From: Eubacteriales bacterium
GTDB lineage: Bacteria > Bacillota > Clostridia > Christensenellales > UMGS416
Length of the DNA: 61,991 nt
Assembly (NCBI GenBank): GCA_028693155.1
Contig: JAQUVY010000001.1
Span: forward strand, 1 to 61,991
Direction: 5' to 3'
Below, piece after piece: positions 28,474 through 36,991 of the stretch. A program made the position numbers and the translations under genes. The notes under the pieces were generated by a model. The model worked only from the letters and a program-made list of their open reading frames with translations, was not told where the DNA came from and searched no databases. How positions within the stretch are numbered: position 1 is the stretch's first letter; the number at the start of each line of letters is the position of its first letter.

Positions 28474-29171
28474 GTTATCGTTATGAGACCCATTTGCACA
28501 CCAGCCAGGGCAGCGCCTGTGCCACCTCCACCGGGGCGCAGCAGGCGCGGCAATATGCGGAAAATTGGTATACCGGGATCATCCTGACGGATCACTTTTA
28601 TAACGGCAACACAGCCGCGGATCGAAACCTGCCCTGGCCGCAATGGGTAGAGAAATTTTGCGCGGGGTATGAACAGGCGCGTGCCGAGGGCGAAAAGCTT
28701 GGGCTGGACGTGTTCTTTGGATGGGAAGAGCGTTTTGAAAACGCTGAGTTTTTGATCTACGGCCTGGATAAGACCTGGTTGTTGGCGCACCCCGAGGTGA
28801 TAAAGTGGCAGCCGCGGGAGATGTATGAGCAGATCCATGCGGCCGGCGGGCTGATGGTGCAGGCGCACCCGTTTCGCCGCGCTTGGTATATCAAGGAGAT
28901 CCAGCTCTTCCCCAACGATGTGGATGCGGTGGAGATCGTCAACGCGGCAAACGCCGTGACCAGCCCGGGGTCCAATGCCCAGGCGATCGAATACGCCGCG
29001 CGGCATGGCCTGCCGGGCACGGGTGGTTCGGATGCGCACCGCGACGAAGGCTATTTCGGGGGCATGGAGTTTGAAAACAGGCTGACCGATATTCAAGATT
29101 ATGTGCGAGCCGTCAAGGCGGGAAAAGGATACGAAGTCATTCAGCGGGAGGACGTAGATGGGCAGGTATGA
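28470..29171 (+). CDS. PHP-domain metal-dependent phosphoesterase
   Basis: YETHLHTSQGSAC ... ILTDHF ... VQAHPFR ... GGSDAH histidine motifs. ATGA overlap with marR. Confidence 0.75.
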   Translation: MSYRYETHLHTSQGSACATSTGAQQARQYAENWYTGIILTDHFYNGNTAADRNLPWPQWVEKFCAGYEQARAEGEKLGLDVFFGWEERFENAEFLIYGLDKTWLLAHPEVIKWQPREMYEQIHAAGGLMVQAHPFRRAWYIKEIQLFPNDVDAVEIVNAANAVTSPGSNAQAIEYAARHGLPGTGGSDAHRDEGYFGGMEFENRLTDIQDYVRAVKAGKGYEVIQREDVDGQV

Positions 29172-30081
29172 GATGGGGCTGCGCGCCCATATTATCCAAT
29201 TTTGCGGGGAGTTTTCTTATCCTGCGCAGGCATGCTCTGCGCTGCTGGAGTGCTGTGACCGAGTGACCCAAAGCCCGGCAAGCGAGCGCTTTTTCATGCT
29301 GGTGGCGCGCTACGAGGCCGATGAAATGCAGAACTACCCCAAAACGCTGGCCGAGCTGGAGACGCTGGCCGGCCAGGCGGGCACACATCCCTACACGTTG
29401 CAGCTGCTCTATTTCATCTGTCTGGCTCGCCATGCGCGGCAGCTTTATCGGTGGCGTCATATCCCCGAGCAGGTGTATTTTGACTCCATGTGCGACTTGA
29501 AATGGAAACTGTTTGAGTGCCAAAAGGTGCACGGCGTATGGGGTTCCTTTGTCGCGTTCTGGTTTCCCCGGTTTTTTGAGCTGACGCGGTTCGCACTGGG
29601 GAGGCTGCAGTTTGAGACGGTGACCTTTGGTCGGGAATACCGCAATGCGGGCTGGGAGCTATCCCCGCAGGATGTGGCGCTGAATGTACATATTCCGTCC
29701 TGCGGACCGCTCAGCCGGGAAGCGTGCCTGGATTCATACGGGCAGGCGGCAGCGTTTTATCAAGACTATTTTGAGGAGCGCGCCGCCGCGTTCACCTGCG
29801 AATCCTGGCTGCTGTGGCCGGCGCATGCCGACTTTTTGCCGGCGCATTCCAACATCCGTCCTTTCATGGCGGATTTTGACATCATTGAGTCCAAAGCCGA
29901 CCCCCGGGGATCGGATCTGTGGCGGCTTTTTGACAGGGAGTGCGACTGCGCCACGGCCGATCTGCCGGGCGATTCCTCTTTGCGCCGCGCATACATCGAC
30001 TGGCTGCGGCGGGGGAACCCGGTGGGGGAAGGCATCGGCGTTTTTTTCTGGAAAGACGGCGGGGTGTTGCGGCATGAATGA
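29158..30081 (+). CDS. Uncharacterised protein, possibly DUF5596 / GNAT-like acyltransferase family
   Basis: 307 aa with ordinary composition. RBS gggagga before ATG 29158. The family assignment is from memory of similar Clostridial proteins only. Confidence 0.45.
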   Translation: MGRYEMGLRAHIIQFCGEFSYPAQACSALLECCDRVTQSPASERFFMLVARYEADEMQNYPKTLAELETLAGQAGTHPYTLQLLYFICLARHARQLYRWRHIPEQVYFDSMCDLKWKLFECQKVHGVWGSFVAFWFPRFFELTRFALGRLQFETVTFGREYRNAGWELSPQDVALNVHIPSCGPLSREACLDSYGQAAAFYQDYFEERAAAFTCESWLLWPAHADFLPAHSNIRPFMADFDIIESKADPRGSDLWRLFDRECDCATADLPGDSSLRRAYIDWLRRGNPVGEGIGVFFWKDGGVLRHE

Positions 30082-30769
30082 TATGATTTTACAAGAGGCA
30101 CAGCGGTTGGGCGCTGAATATGTAGGCTTTGTGCCGGTGGGTGAACTGAGCGAAGCGGAAAATGAAAACTGCCCGTTTGCTCTCATTGTGGCGGTGCCGC
30201 TGCCGCCGGAATATTTGGAGATGCTTACCCAGCCCATAGGCGTGCAGGAAGCCGCCCGGGAGCATGATCTTTTTTCACGCACGGAAGCACGCATTGACGG
30301 CATTGCCGACGCGCTGGAGGCATATTTGCGCGCGCTGGGCTATCGTGCCTTTTCGCAGTCCGAACGAGCCAACAGCGCCCGTGGCCGATATGACGGCCCT
30401 CAGCGCAAGGCCGCCTTGCAGCACAAGACCGTTGCGCGGCTTGCCGGGCTGGGGTGGATCGGCAAAAGCGATCTGCTGGTGTCGCCCCAGTGGGGCAGCG
30501 GGCTTTGCATGTGCACGCTGCTTACCGACGCACCGCTGCAAACTCAACCGGCGACGCCGCTGGAAAACCAGTGCGGCGCCTGCACGGTTTGCCGTGACGT
30601 CTGCCCCGCCAACGCGCTGCAGGGCAGAACATGGACCAAAGAAGGCGGGCGGGAGGAGCTTTTTGACCCCGCTTTGTGCTGCACCTGTCTGCGCTGCATG
30701 AGCCAATACCCGTGGACCCGCGCCTATGTGCGCCGCGCAAATTTATCACAAGGAGAAGGCAATCGGTAA
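30074..30769 (+). CDS. Fe-S protein related to epoxyqueuosine reductase / reductive-dehalogenase C-terminal domains
   Basis: MNDMILQEAQRLGAEYVGF ... HKTVARLAGLGWIGKSDLLVSPQWGS ... CGACTVCRDVCP ... CCTCLRC. ATG 30074 overlaps the upstream stop by 8 nt. Confidence 0.6.
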   Translation: MNDMILQEAQRLGAEYVGFVPVGELSEAENENCPFALIVAVPLPPEYLEMLTQPIGVQEAAREHDLFSRTEARIDGIADALEAYLRALGYRAFSQSERANSARGRYDGPQRKAALQHKTVARLAGLGWIGKSDLLVSPQWGSGLCMCTLLTDAPLQTQPATPLENQCGACTVCRDVCPANALQGRTWTKEGGREELFDPALCCTCLRCMSQYPWTRAYVRRANLSQGEGNR

Positions 30770-31914
30770 TGAGTGAAGCTCTGTTGGAAGAGTTCATGCG
30801 CGGAATCCTTAGCATTCTGATGTTGGCGTTCCTGTTTTATATCGTCAAGAACAGCACACTGCTTTCGAGCAAGCGTATCCACGCTTATCTGATAGGGGTG
30901 GTTCTGACCATGCTGGCGATTTTGTGTGAAAACTTGGCGCTGTGGGCAGAGCAGCAATCACCGCAGTGGCGGTGGGTCAATGTGTTGTCCAATCTGGTAG
31001 GCTTTGGCATCTCCCCGGCGATCCCCTTGCTGATTGCGTTGGTTTATGATGAGAAACTGCTGGGAAAGCCGTGGCTGCTTTGGCCGGTGTTGGGCGTGAA
31101 CGCCTTGCTTTTTCTGACGACCCCCTGGACGGGCTGGATGTTTTCCATATCCCGAAACAATGAGTATTCCCGAGGGCCGCTATTCCTGCTTTATGTGGCG
31201 GCGTGCGCTTATGGGCTGGGTTTGTTTATTGTGGCCAACGATAAGCAGGCAAAGCGGATGCAGCGGGGAGAGCAGGTCTGCCTGGCACTGATGTTTGCCA
31301 TTGTCGTGCTGGGGCTGTGCGTTCAGATCATCGTTCCCCAGGCGCATACCAGCTGGTATTGCGTCACGCTGGCGCTGATCATGTACTATTGCTTTTTGCG
31401 CGAGGTGCAGTCCAAATATGATCCCCTCACGCAGACGCTGAACCGCGCCGCGTATGAGAAGGCCCTTTTGAAGATGGAGAAACGTGTCGGCGGTACCATC
31501 GTCATGTTGGATTTGGACGAGTTCAAAAGCGTGAACGACCAAAGCGGCCATCAGGCGGGGGATGAATGCCTGCGCAGCGCGGCGCAGATCATTTGTGATA
31601 GCTTTTCGCGCTTGGGAAATTGCTATCGCGTCGGCGGAGACGAGTTTTGTGTGCTCAGCACCCGCTGCGACCAAAATGCGTTGGAGGCCGCTGAACGCGC
31701 CATGATGGAAAAGGTGCGGCTGGCGCGCAGAGAGTATGCCTTCTTCCCGTACATTTCCTACGGCAGCTGTATTTATCACGGCGTAGGTGATATTCAACAA
31801 GCGATCAACAAGGCGGATCAAAACATGTACTTCTTTAAGAAGCGCAACGGCACACAAAAACAGAACTCTTCTTGCGAAGAGACACAGCCTGAATCGCTCA
31901 GAGGAATACGATGA
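30769..31914 (+). CDS. Membrane-bound diguanylate cyclase (GGDEF domain)
   Basis: ATG 30769 (TAATG junction). About 6 N-terminal TM segments. DPLTQTLNRAAY ... LDLDEFKSVNDQSGHQAGD ... RVGGDEFCVL. Confidence 0.85.
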   Translation: MSEALLEEFMRGILSILMLAFLFYIVKNSTLLSSKRIHAYLIGVVLTMLAILCENLALWAEQQSPQWRWVNVLSNLVGFGISPAIPLLIALVYDEKLLGKPWLLWPVLGVNALLFLTTPWTGWMFSISRNNEYSRGPLFLLYVAACAYGLGLFIVANDKQAKRMQRGEQVCLALMFAIVVLGLCVQIIVPQAHTSWYCVTLALIMYYCFLREVQSKYDPLTQTLNRAAYEKALLKMEKRVGGTIVMLDLDEFKSVNDQSGHQAGDECLRSAAQIICDSFSRLGNCYRVGGDEFCVLSTRCDQNALEAAERAMMEKVRLARREYAFFPYISYGSCIYHGVGDIQQAINKADQNMYFFKKRNGTQKQNSSCEETQPESLRGIR

Positions 31915-31953
31915 AGGAAGCATAACAAAAAAACACGCCTTGTGCATGAAAGC

Positions 31954-31991
31954 AGCACCCCAATCAAACGGTTGGGGTGCTGTTGGTTTTT
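31954..31991 (+). terminator. Intrinsic terminator after the GGDEF gene
   Basis: agcaccccaa / ttggggtgct 10-bp stem, 8-nt loop, tail gttggttttt. Confidence 0.7.
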
Positions 31992-32017
31992 ATAAGAGGT
32001 GGTTTTTATAAGAGGTG
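31986..32017. repeat. Perfect 16-bp tandem duplication
   Basis: gtttttataagaggtg occurs twice in direct succession (31986-32001 and 32002-32017). Confidence 0.9.
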
Positions 32018-32043
32018 CGTTCTTTTTTGCGAAAAGGATGCTT

Positions 32044-32910
32044 TTAACGCTGCACGATCTCCGGCTTCACCGTCACCGTGTGTCCATCCGCAAAGATGGA
32101 GAAGGAGAAGTCGTTCTCGGTGCCCGCGCCGCCGTAGTTACCCTTGTTGTCCAGCGCCACCATGGCAAAGTTGCCGCACACGTCGCCGCCGCGGCGCATA
32201 CGCTGAACGTGCATTTTGATCATTTTTTCCACGGCCTCCTGGGGGTGCATGCCGCTGCGCATGCATTCGACCACGCCATAGCTGACGCAGCCCTTCATGA
32301 TGTCCTCGCCAACCCCCGTGGCGGCAGCCGCGCCGGCCTCGTCGTCGGCGTAGAAGCCGCTGCCAACCAGCGGAGAGTCACCCACACGGCCGCGGTGCTT
32401 AAAGCCCAGGCCGCTGGTGGAAACACAGGCGGCAAGCTTGCTTTGGCTGTCAAAGGCCAGGCAGCCGATGGTGTCGTGCCCCACGGGCAGCTTGCGCCCT
32501 TCGGCCATGGCGGCTTCCCAGCGCCGCCGGGCGTCATCGGTGATCATGATGGCCTGCTGATGGTCATGAGCAAGGGCGTAGTCCGCCGCGCCTTGGCCGC
32601 ACAGCACGTTGTTGCGATATTCCCACACCAGATCCTGCGCCACGCGGATGGGGTTTTTGAAGCCCTCCAGCCCCAGCACAGCGCCCAGCTTCAGCGTGGC
32701 GCCGTCCATGCAGGCGGCGTCAAACTGCATCTCGCCCCGTATGTTGGGCAGAGCGCCGAAACCCACGGAATCAATCGAGGGGTCGTCTTCAATGGCGGCG
32801 ATGGTTGCCACGGCCGCGTCCATGGCGTTGGCGCCGGTCTCCAACATTTTTCCGCCGATGGCCACCACGCGGGCAGCAAAAGGCCAGGTTGCAATAAGAA
32901 TCGGTTTCAT
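32044..32910 (-). CDS. Ntn-hydrolase of the isoaspartyl peptidase / L-asparaginase (asparaginase-2) family
   Basis: Start ATG 32910 (MKPILIATW...). Autoprocessing site VGHDTIGCLA, then GRVGDSPLVGSGFYAD ... ATGVGEDIMK. Confidence 0.8.
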   Translation of the reverse strand: MKPILIATWPFAARVVAIGGKMLETGANAMDAAVATIAAIEDDPSIDSVGFGALPNIRGEMQFDAACMDGATLKLGAVLGLEGFKNPIRVAQDLVWEYRNNVLCGQGAADYALAHDHQQAIMITDDARRRWEAAMAEGRKLPVGHDTIGCLAFDSQSKLAACVSTSGLGFKHRGRVGDSPLVGSGFYADDEAGAAAATGVGEDIMKGCVSYGVVECMRSGMHPQEAVEKMIKMHVQRMRRGGDVCGNFAMVALDNKGNYGGAGTENDFSFSIFADGHTVTVKPEIVQR

Positions 32911-33050
32911 AAGAAATGCCTTCACTTTCTTTTCGGAATCCATGCAATAAGTTACCACACTATGCTTCGGGAAACAAGACAAAACCCTGGGCACAGGACG
33001 GGATGCACAAAAAAAACGCCCCGAAGCCGGGGCGCGAAACAATACATGGG

Positions 33051-34379
33051 TCAAAGATTGCCTTGGGGACGGAGCACACCTTCGGGAAGCTCCCGGTGCA
33101 GCAGCTTTTTGCCGATTACGAAGGAAAGCAGGAAGAGCAGCAGCGAGGCAAGCACAATGGTGCCGGCAACGCCGAAGTAGGTGCGCACCGAATAGGCTTC
33201 GATCAGGTAGCCCCCCAGAAGATTGCCCACGATGCCGGCCAGCGAGCTGAGCGCGCCGCAGATGGTTTGCGCTGTGGCGGACAGCTCTCTGGGTGCCAAA
33301 GCGAAGATATAGCTGACGGAGCAGGCCAGGTAGATGCCAAAGCCCATGCCGTGCAGCACCATTACGCCCACCACCGCCGGAATGCTGCCGCAAAGCGTAT
33401 AAAGATACTGCTCAATGGTGTAGAGGATGCCGCCCAGGAAAAGCATCTTGACCACGCCGAAGCGCTTTACCAGATAAGCACTGGCCACCAGCATGGGCAC
33501 CTCCATCAGAGCCTTGATGGCGAAGATGGTGCCCAGATCGTTGGAATTGCCGGCGATCTCGGTTATAAGGTAGGGAACGAAGGTGAAGGTGCCGGCTACC
33601 GGCAGGTAGAGGATGGTGTTAAACAGCAGAAAAACCACCAGATAATAGTTTTTCAGCAGCCGCCCCAGCTTGAGCTCCCGGAAGGAAAGCTTCTTTACGC
33701 CGCCCGCATCGCGGCCGTCCCGCTGGCAAAACAGCATGATGAGCAGCGGAATGCTCAGCAGGCCAAACAGGTAAAACGTAATGGTGGCCGAGCCCAGCTT
33801 TTTGATGATGACGCCGATCAAAAAGGCCATGATGGCATAGCCGATGGAGCCCCACAGCCGCACGGAGCCGTAATTCATGTTGCGCTCATGGTTGGTGTTG
33901 CGGATCATCCAGCTGTCCATCAGGCTGTTGGTGGGCACCCGGAAAAAGGAGGAAACGGGGAGCAGAACGATGCCCAGAAAAAGCGGCCCCATGGCCACCT
34001 TCATGGTCAACGGAACCAGCGCGTAAATGGCGCCGCCGCAGATCAGGCAGATGATCAGCGTTTTTTTGATGGAGCGCACTTTGTCGCTGATCATGCCCCA
34101 AAGCGGCGGGGCGATAATGCCTACCGCGTTGATGAGCGCCATCACCGACCCTACCTGGGAGGAAGACAATTTGTTTTCCTGCAGCAGCACCACCGTGAAG
34201 GACGCGGCGGACATGGCCATCCAGTACAAAAACTCGATGGCCGAGTAGGTGAAGTACTTGGGACTGAGCATGGCCAGGCTGGCGTGCGCGCGCCCCAATA
34301 AGGCGCGTATGTGATTGGGACGGGGCGATCGGGGGGGTTGGGGTGTTTGCGGAGCTTCGGGATTCAAAACGGTCACCAT
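33051..34379 (-). CDS. MFS transporter
   Basis: 442 aa and about 12 TM segments. GIIAPPLWGMISDKVRSIKK loop motif. Start uncertain (34379 or 34271). Confidence 0.8.
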   Translation of the reverse strand: MVTVLNPEAPQTPQPPRSPRPNHIRALLGRAHASLAMLSPKYFTYSAIEFLYWMAMSAASFTVVLLQENKLSSSQVGSVMALINAVGIIAPPLWGMISDKVRSIKKTLIICLICGGAIYALVPLTMKVAMGPLFLGIVLLPVSSFFRVPTNSLMDSWMIRNTNHERNMNYGSVRLWGSIGYAIMAFLIGVIIKKLGSATITFYLFGLLSIPLLIMLFCQRDGRDAGGVKKLSFRELKLGRLLKNYYLVVFLLFNTILYLPVAGTFTFVPYLITEIAGNSNDLGTIFAIKALMEVPMLVASAYLVKRFGVVKMLFLGGILYTIEQYLYTLCGSIPAVVGVMVLHGMGFGIYLACSVSYIFALAPRELSATAQTICGALSSLAGIVGNLLGGYLIEAYSVRTYFGVAGTIVLASLLLFLLSFVIGKKLLHRELPEGVLRPQGNL

Positions 34380-34534
34380 CCTATGTAAAAAAATCGATTA
34401 TACCAATGAAATGCGTTCGCCTGCGCCAACTGGGGTCGTTTTGCGCGGGCAGGCGGAGAAGGTGCGGGAGAAAAAACTTGAATCGTTTTTAACTCCTTTA
34501 TCCTAATACAAAACACCCCGCTTGGCAAGATATA

Positions 34535-35158
34535 TTATCGCCTCTCCAGCGCGCCGCTGCCCACGTAAAGATCCTCGGCGCGCTGCCAGTCCAGCACGCT
34601 CCACCATGCGTCCAGGTACTGCTCCCGCTGCCGGTACTGCAGGTAATAGGCGTGTTCCCATACGTCGCAGCACAGCACGGGAGAGACATCCTCCTGTGCG
34701 GGCAGGTCGCGGTCGGGCAGGGGGAGCACACACAGCGATCCGCGGCGCACGGCCAGCCATAGCCAACCCGACCCGGGTAGGGAGCACGCGGCGCGGGAAA
34801 AGGCGCTGCGCAGGGCATCCGCCGAGCCGAACTCCCGGCGAATGGCGTTCAGCAGATACCCGTAGGGCTGAGAAGTTGCGCCCTGCATGCCGGAAAAATA
34901 CAGCATGTGGTGATAGACGTCCGCGCAGGTGTGCGCCGCATCGCCGGCCGTCGGCAGGACGCGCACCAGCTCCTGCCAGGTGCACCCTTGCAGCTCTGCC
35001 GGGGCTTTGCCCTGTGCCAGGGCATAAAGGCGCTGCATGGCGGGCACATAGTGATGGCAGTAGTGGGTGCGCACGGTTTGTTCATCCAACGCCGGACGAA
35101 GCGCGGAAAAGGGATAGGGCGGGGCGGGCAAAAAAAGAGCGGGGGCGCAGGCGGGCAT
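34535..35158 (-). CDS. Divergent Fe/Mn superoxide dismutase-family protein
   Basis: Start ATG 35158 (RBS aaaggaag). PYPFSALRPALDEQTVRTHYCHHY ... VYHHMLYF ... GSGWLWL ... CCDVWEHAYYLQY retains the His/His/Asp/His ligand pattern. Confidence 0.7.
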   Translation of the reverse strand: MPACAPALFLPAPPYPFSALRPALDEQTVRTHYCHHYVPAMQRLYALAQGKAPAELQGCTWQELVRVLPTAGDAAHTCADVYHHMLYFSGMQGATSQPYGYLLNAIRREFGSADALRSAFSRAACSLPGSGWLWLAVRRGSLCVLPLPDRDLPAQEDVSPVLCCDVWEHAYYLQYRQREQYLDAWWSVLDWQRAEDLYVGSGALERR

Positions 35159-35286
35159 GAGCGGCACTTCCTTTCGTATGGCACTTGGTGTATACATACG
35201 TTTTGTATAAAAAAATATGAAGATGATCGCATACATTTTTTGCCGGGTGTGTTAGGATAAGGAAAAATACACTTCAGGAGGACAGT

Positions 35287-36936
35287 ATGAAGGAAGCCTT
35301 TTCGGTCAGGGTTCTGACCTCGTTGCAGAAGGTGTTTTCCAACCGCGCCCCGCGGGAGGACTCTTGCGTGGCGGAGAGCACCATGCTGAAGAACGAGTGC
35401 TTTTCCTTTCAGGTTGCGTTCTGCTCCCGCGGCGCTGCGCAATGTGTGCGCATAGAGAGCCGGGCGGAGGTGCCCCTGCGCCTGCGTCTGGTGCGGTCGG
35501 TGCCGGTTCAGTTGGCTGCCTATCCCGACGCCGACGATAACTATCTGTCTACCGAATCCGGGCTTTATCCCGACGTTTTGGAGGAGCTCCCCGCTTCTTT
35601 GCCGCTGGCCGCCGATGCCTGGTACAGCCTTTGGGTGGATGTGGAAGGCGATGTGCAGCCGCTGCCGGCAGGAAAGCATACGTTCCGGTTCGCGTTCTTT
35701 GGCGCTTCGGGGCAGTTGGCCGCCTGCGAAAAGACGGTGGAGGTGCTGGAGGCGCAACTGCCGCCCCAGGCCCTGTGCTACACCAACTGGTTTCACGCCG
35801 ACTGCCTGGCTGAATATTACGATGTGGAGCCGCTCAGCCCGACCCATTGGCGCATCATGGAGAACTTTTTGCGCCTGGCGGTGCGCCGCGGCATGAACAC
35901 CGTGCTTACCCCCGTGTTTACCCCGCCGCTGGACACGCAGGTGGGCGAAAAGCGCATGGTGGTGCAGCTGGTGGAGGTATATAAAACGGGCAAGGGCTAC
36001 GAGTTTGACTTTGCTGCGCTGCGCCAGTGGGTTCGCATGTGCCAGAAGGTGGGAATTCAGCATTTTGAAATATCCCATTTTTTCTCCCAGTGGGGGGCGC
36101 ACGCCGCGCCTAACGTGATGGGCACCGAAGCGGGAGAATACCACAGCCTTTTCGGGTGGGATACGCCGGCGGACGGCGAGCCCTACCGCGCCTTCCTCAA
36201 GGCGTTCATTCCCAACCTGCTGGACTGCCTGCGGGAGTTGGGGGTGGATAAAAAGTGCTTCTTCCACATTTCGGACGAACCGCTTGCGGAACAGGCGCAA
36301 TCTTATGCCGCCGCGGCGCAGGGCGTGTCCGAGCTGTTGGAGGGCTATCCCATCATGGACGCCCTGTCCGAATACACCTTCTACGAATCGGGATTGGTAA
36401 AAACGCCGGTGGTCAGCACCAACCATATTCAAACCTTTTTGGATCATCAGGTGACCGGCCTGTGGGCGTACTATTGCTGCGGGCAGAACGATCAGGTGGC
36501 CAACCGTTTCATCGCCATGCCTTCCGCGCGCAACCGGGTGTTGGGCGTGCAGCTGTATCTGGGCGACATCGAGGGCTTTTTGCAGTGGGGTTACAACTTT
36601 TATCACAGCGCAGTTTCTCGGCGCTGTATTGATCCCTACCGCGTGACCGATGCGGATGGGCAGTTCCCGGCGGGGGATCCTTTCGTGGTTTACCCCGGCG
36701 CAAAGGGCGAGCCGGTGGAGTCGCTGCGGCTGGTGGTGTTTGCCCAGGCCTTGCAGGATCTGCGGGCGCTGCGCCTGCTGGAGAGCCTGATCGGAAGGGA
36801 CAAAACGGTGGCGCTGGTGAACGAGGGGCTGACGGCTCCCATCACCTTTGCCCGCTATCCCAAGGAGGACGGCTGGCTGATGGGTCTGCGCCGCCGGGTC
36901 AACGAGGCCATCATGCGGGCATCAAATAAGGATTAG
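35287..36936 (+). CDS. DUF4091-domain protein (GH123-like glycoside hydrolase candidate)
   Basis: 549 aa. RBS aggagg. NWFHADCLAEYY ... FEISHFFSQWGA ... FFHISDEP ... WAYYCCGQ fits my recollection of DUF4091. Confidence 0.65.
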   Translation: MKEAFSVRVLTSLQKVFSNRAPREDSCVAESTMLKNECFSFQVAFCSRGAAQCVRIESRAEVPLRLRLVRSVPVQLAAYPDADDNYLSTESGLYPDVLEELPASLPLAADAWYSLWVDVEGDVQPLPAGKHTFRFAFFGASGQLAACEKTVEVLEAQLPPQALCYTNWFHADCLAEYYDVEPLSPTHWRIMENFLRLAVRRGMNTVLTPVFTPPLDTQVGEKRMVVQLVEVYKTGKGYEFDFAALRQWVRMCQKVGIQHFEISHFFSQWGAHAAPNVMGTEAGEYHSLFGWDTPADGEPYRAFLKAFIPNLLDCLRELGVDKKCFFHISDEPLAEQAQSYAAAAQGVSELLEGYPIMDALSEYTFYESGLVKTPVVSTNHIQTFLDHQVTGLWAYYCCGQNDQVANRFIAMPSARNRVLGVQLYLGDIEGFLQWGYNFYHSAVSRRCIDPYRVTDADGQFPAGDPFVVYPGAKGEPVESLRLVVFAQALQDLRALRLLESLIGRDKTVALVNEGLTAPITFARYPKEDGWLMGLRRRVNEAIMRASNKD

Positions 36937-36991
36937 GGGTTTGAAATGCCGCGTTCTGCGGGCATCCTTTTGGGATAGAAGGAGACGCGGC

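Noticed and set aside
34849-36606. 585-aa minus-strand ORF antisense to the DUF4091 gene
   Set aside because: Shadow-type composition. The plus-strand ORF has a strong RBS (aggagg) and family-like motifs.
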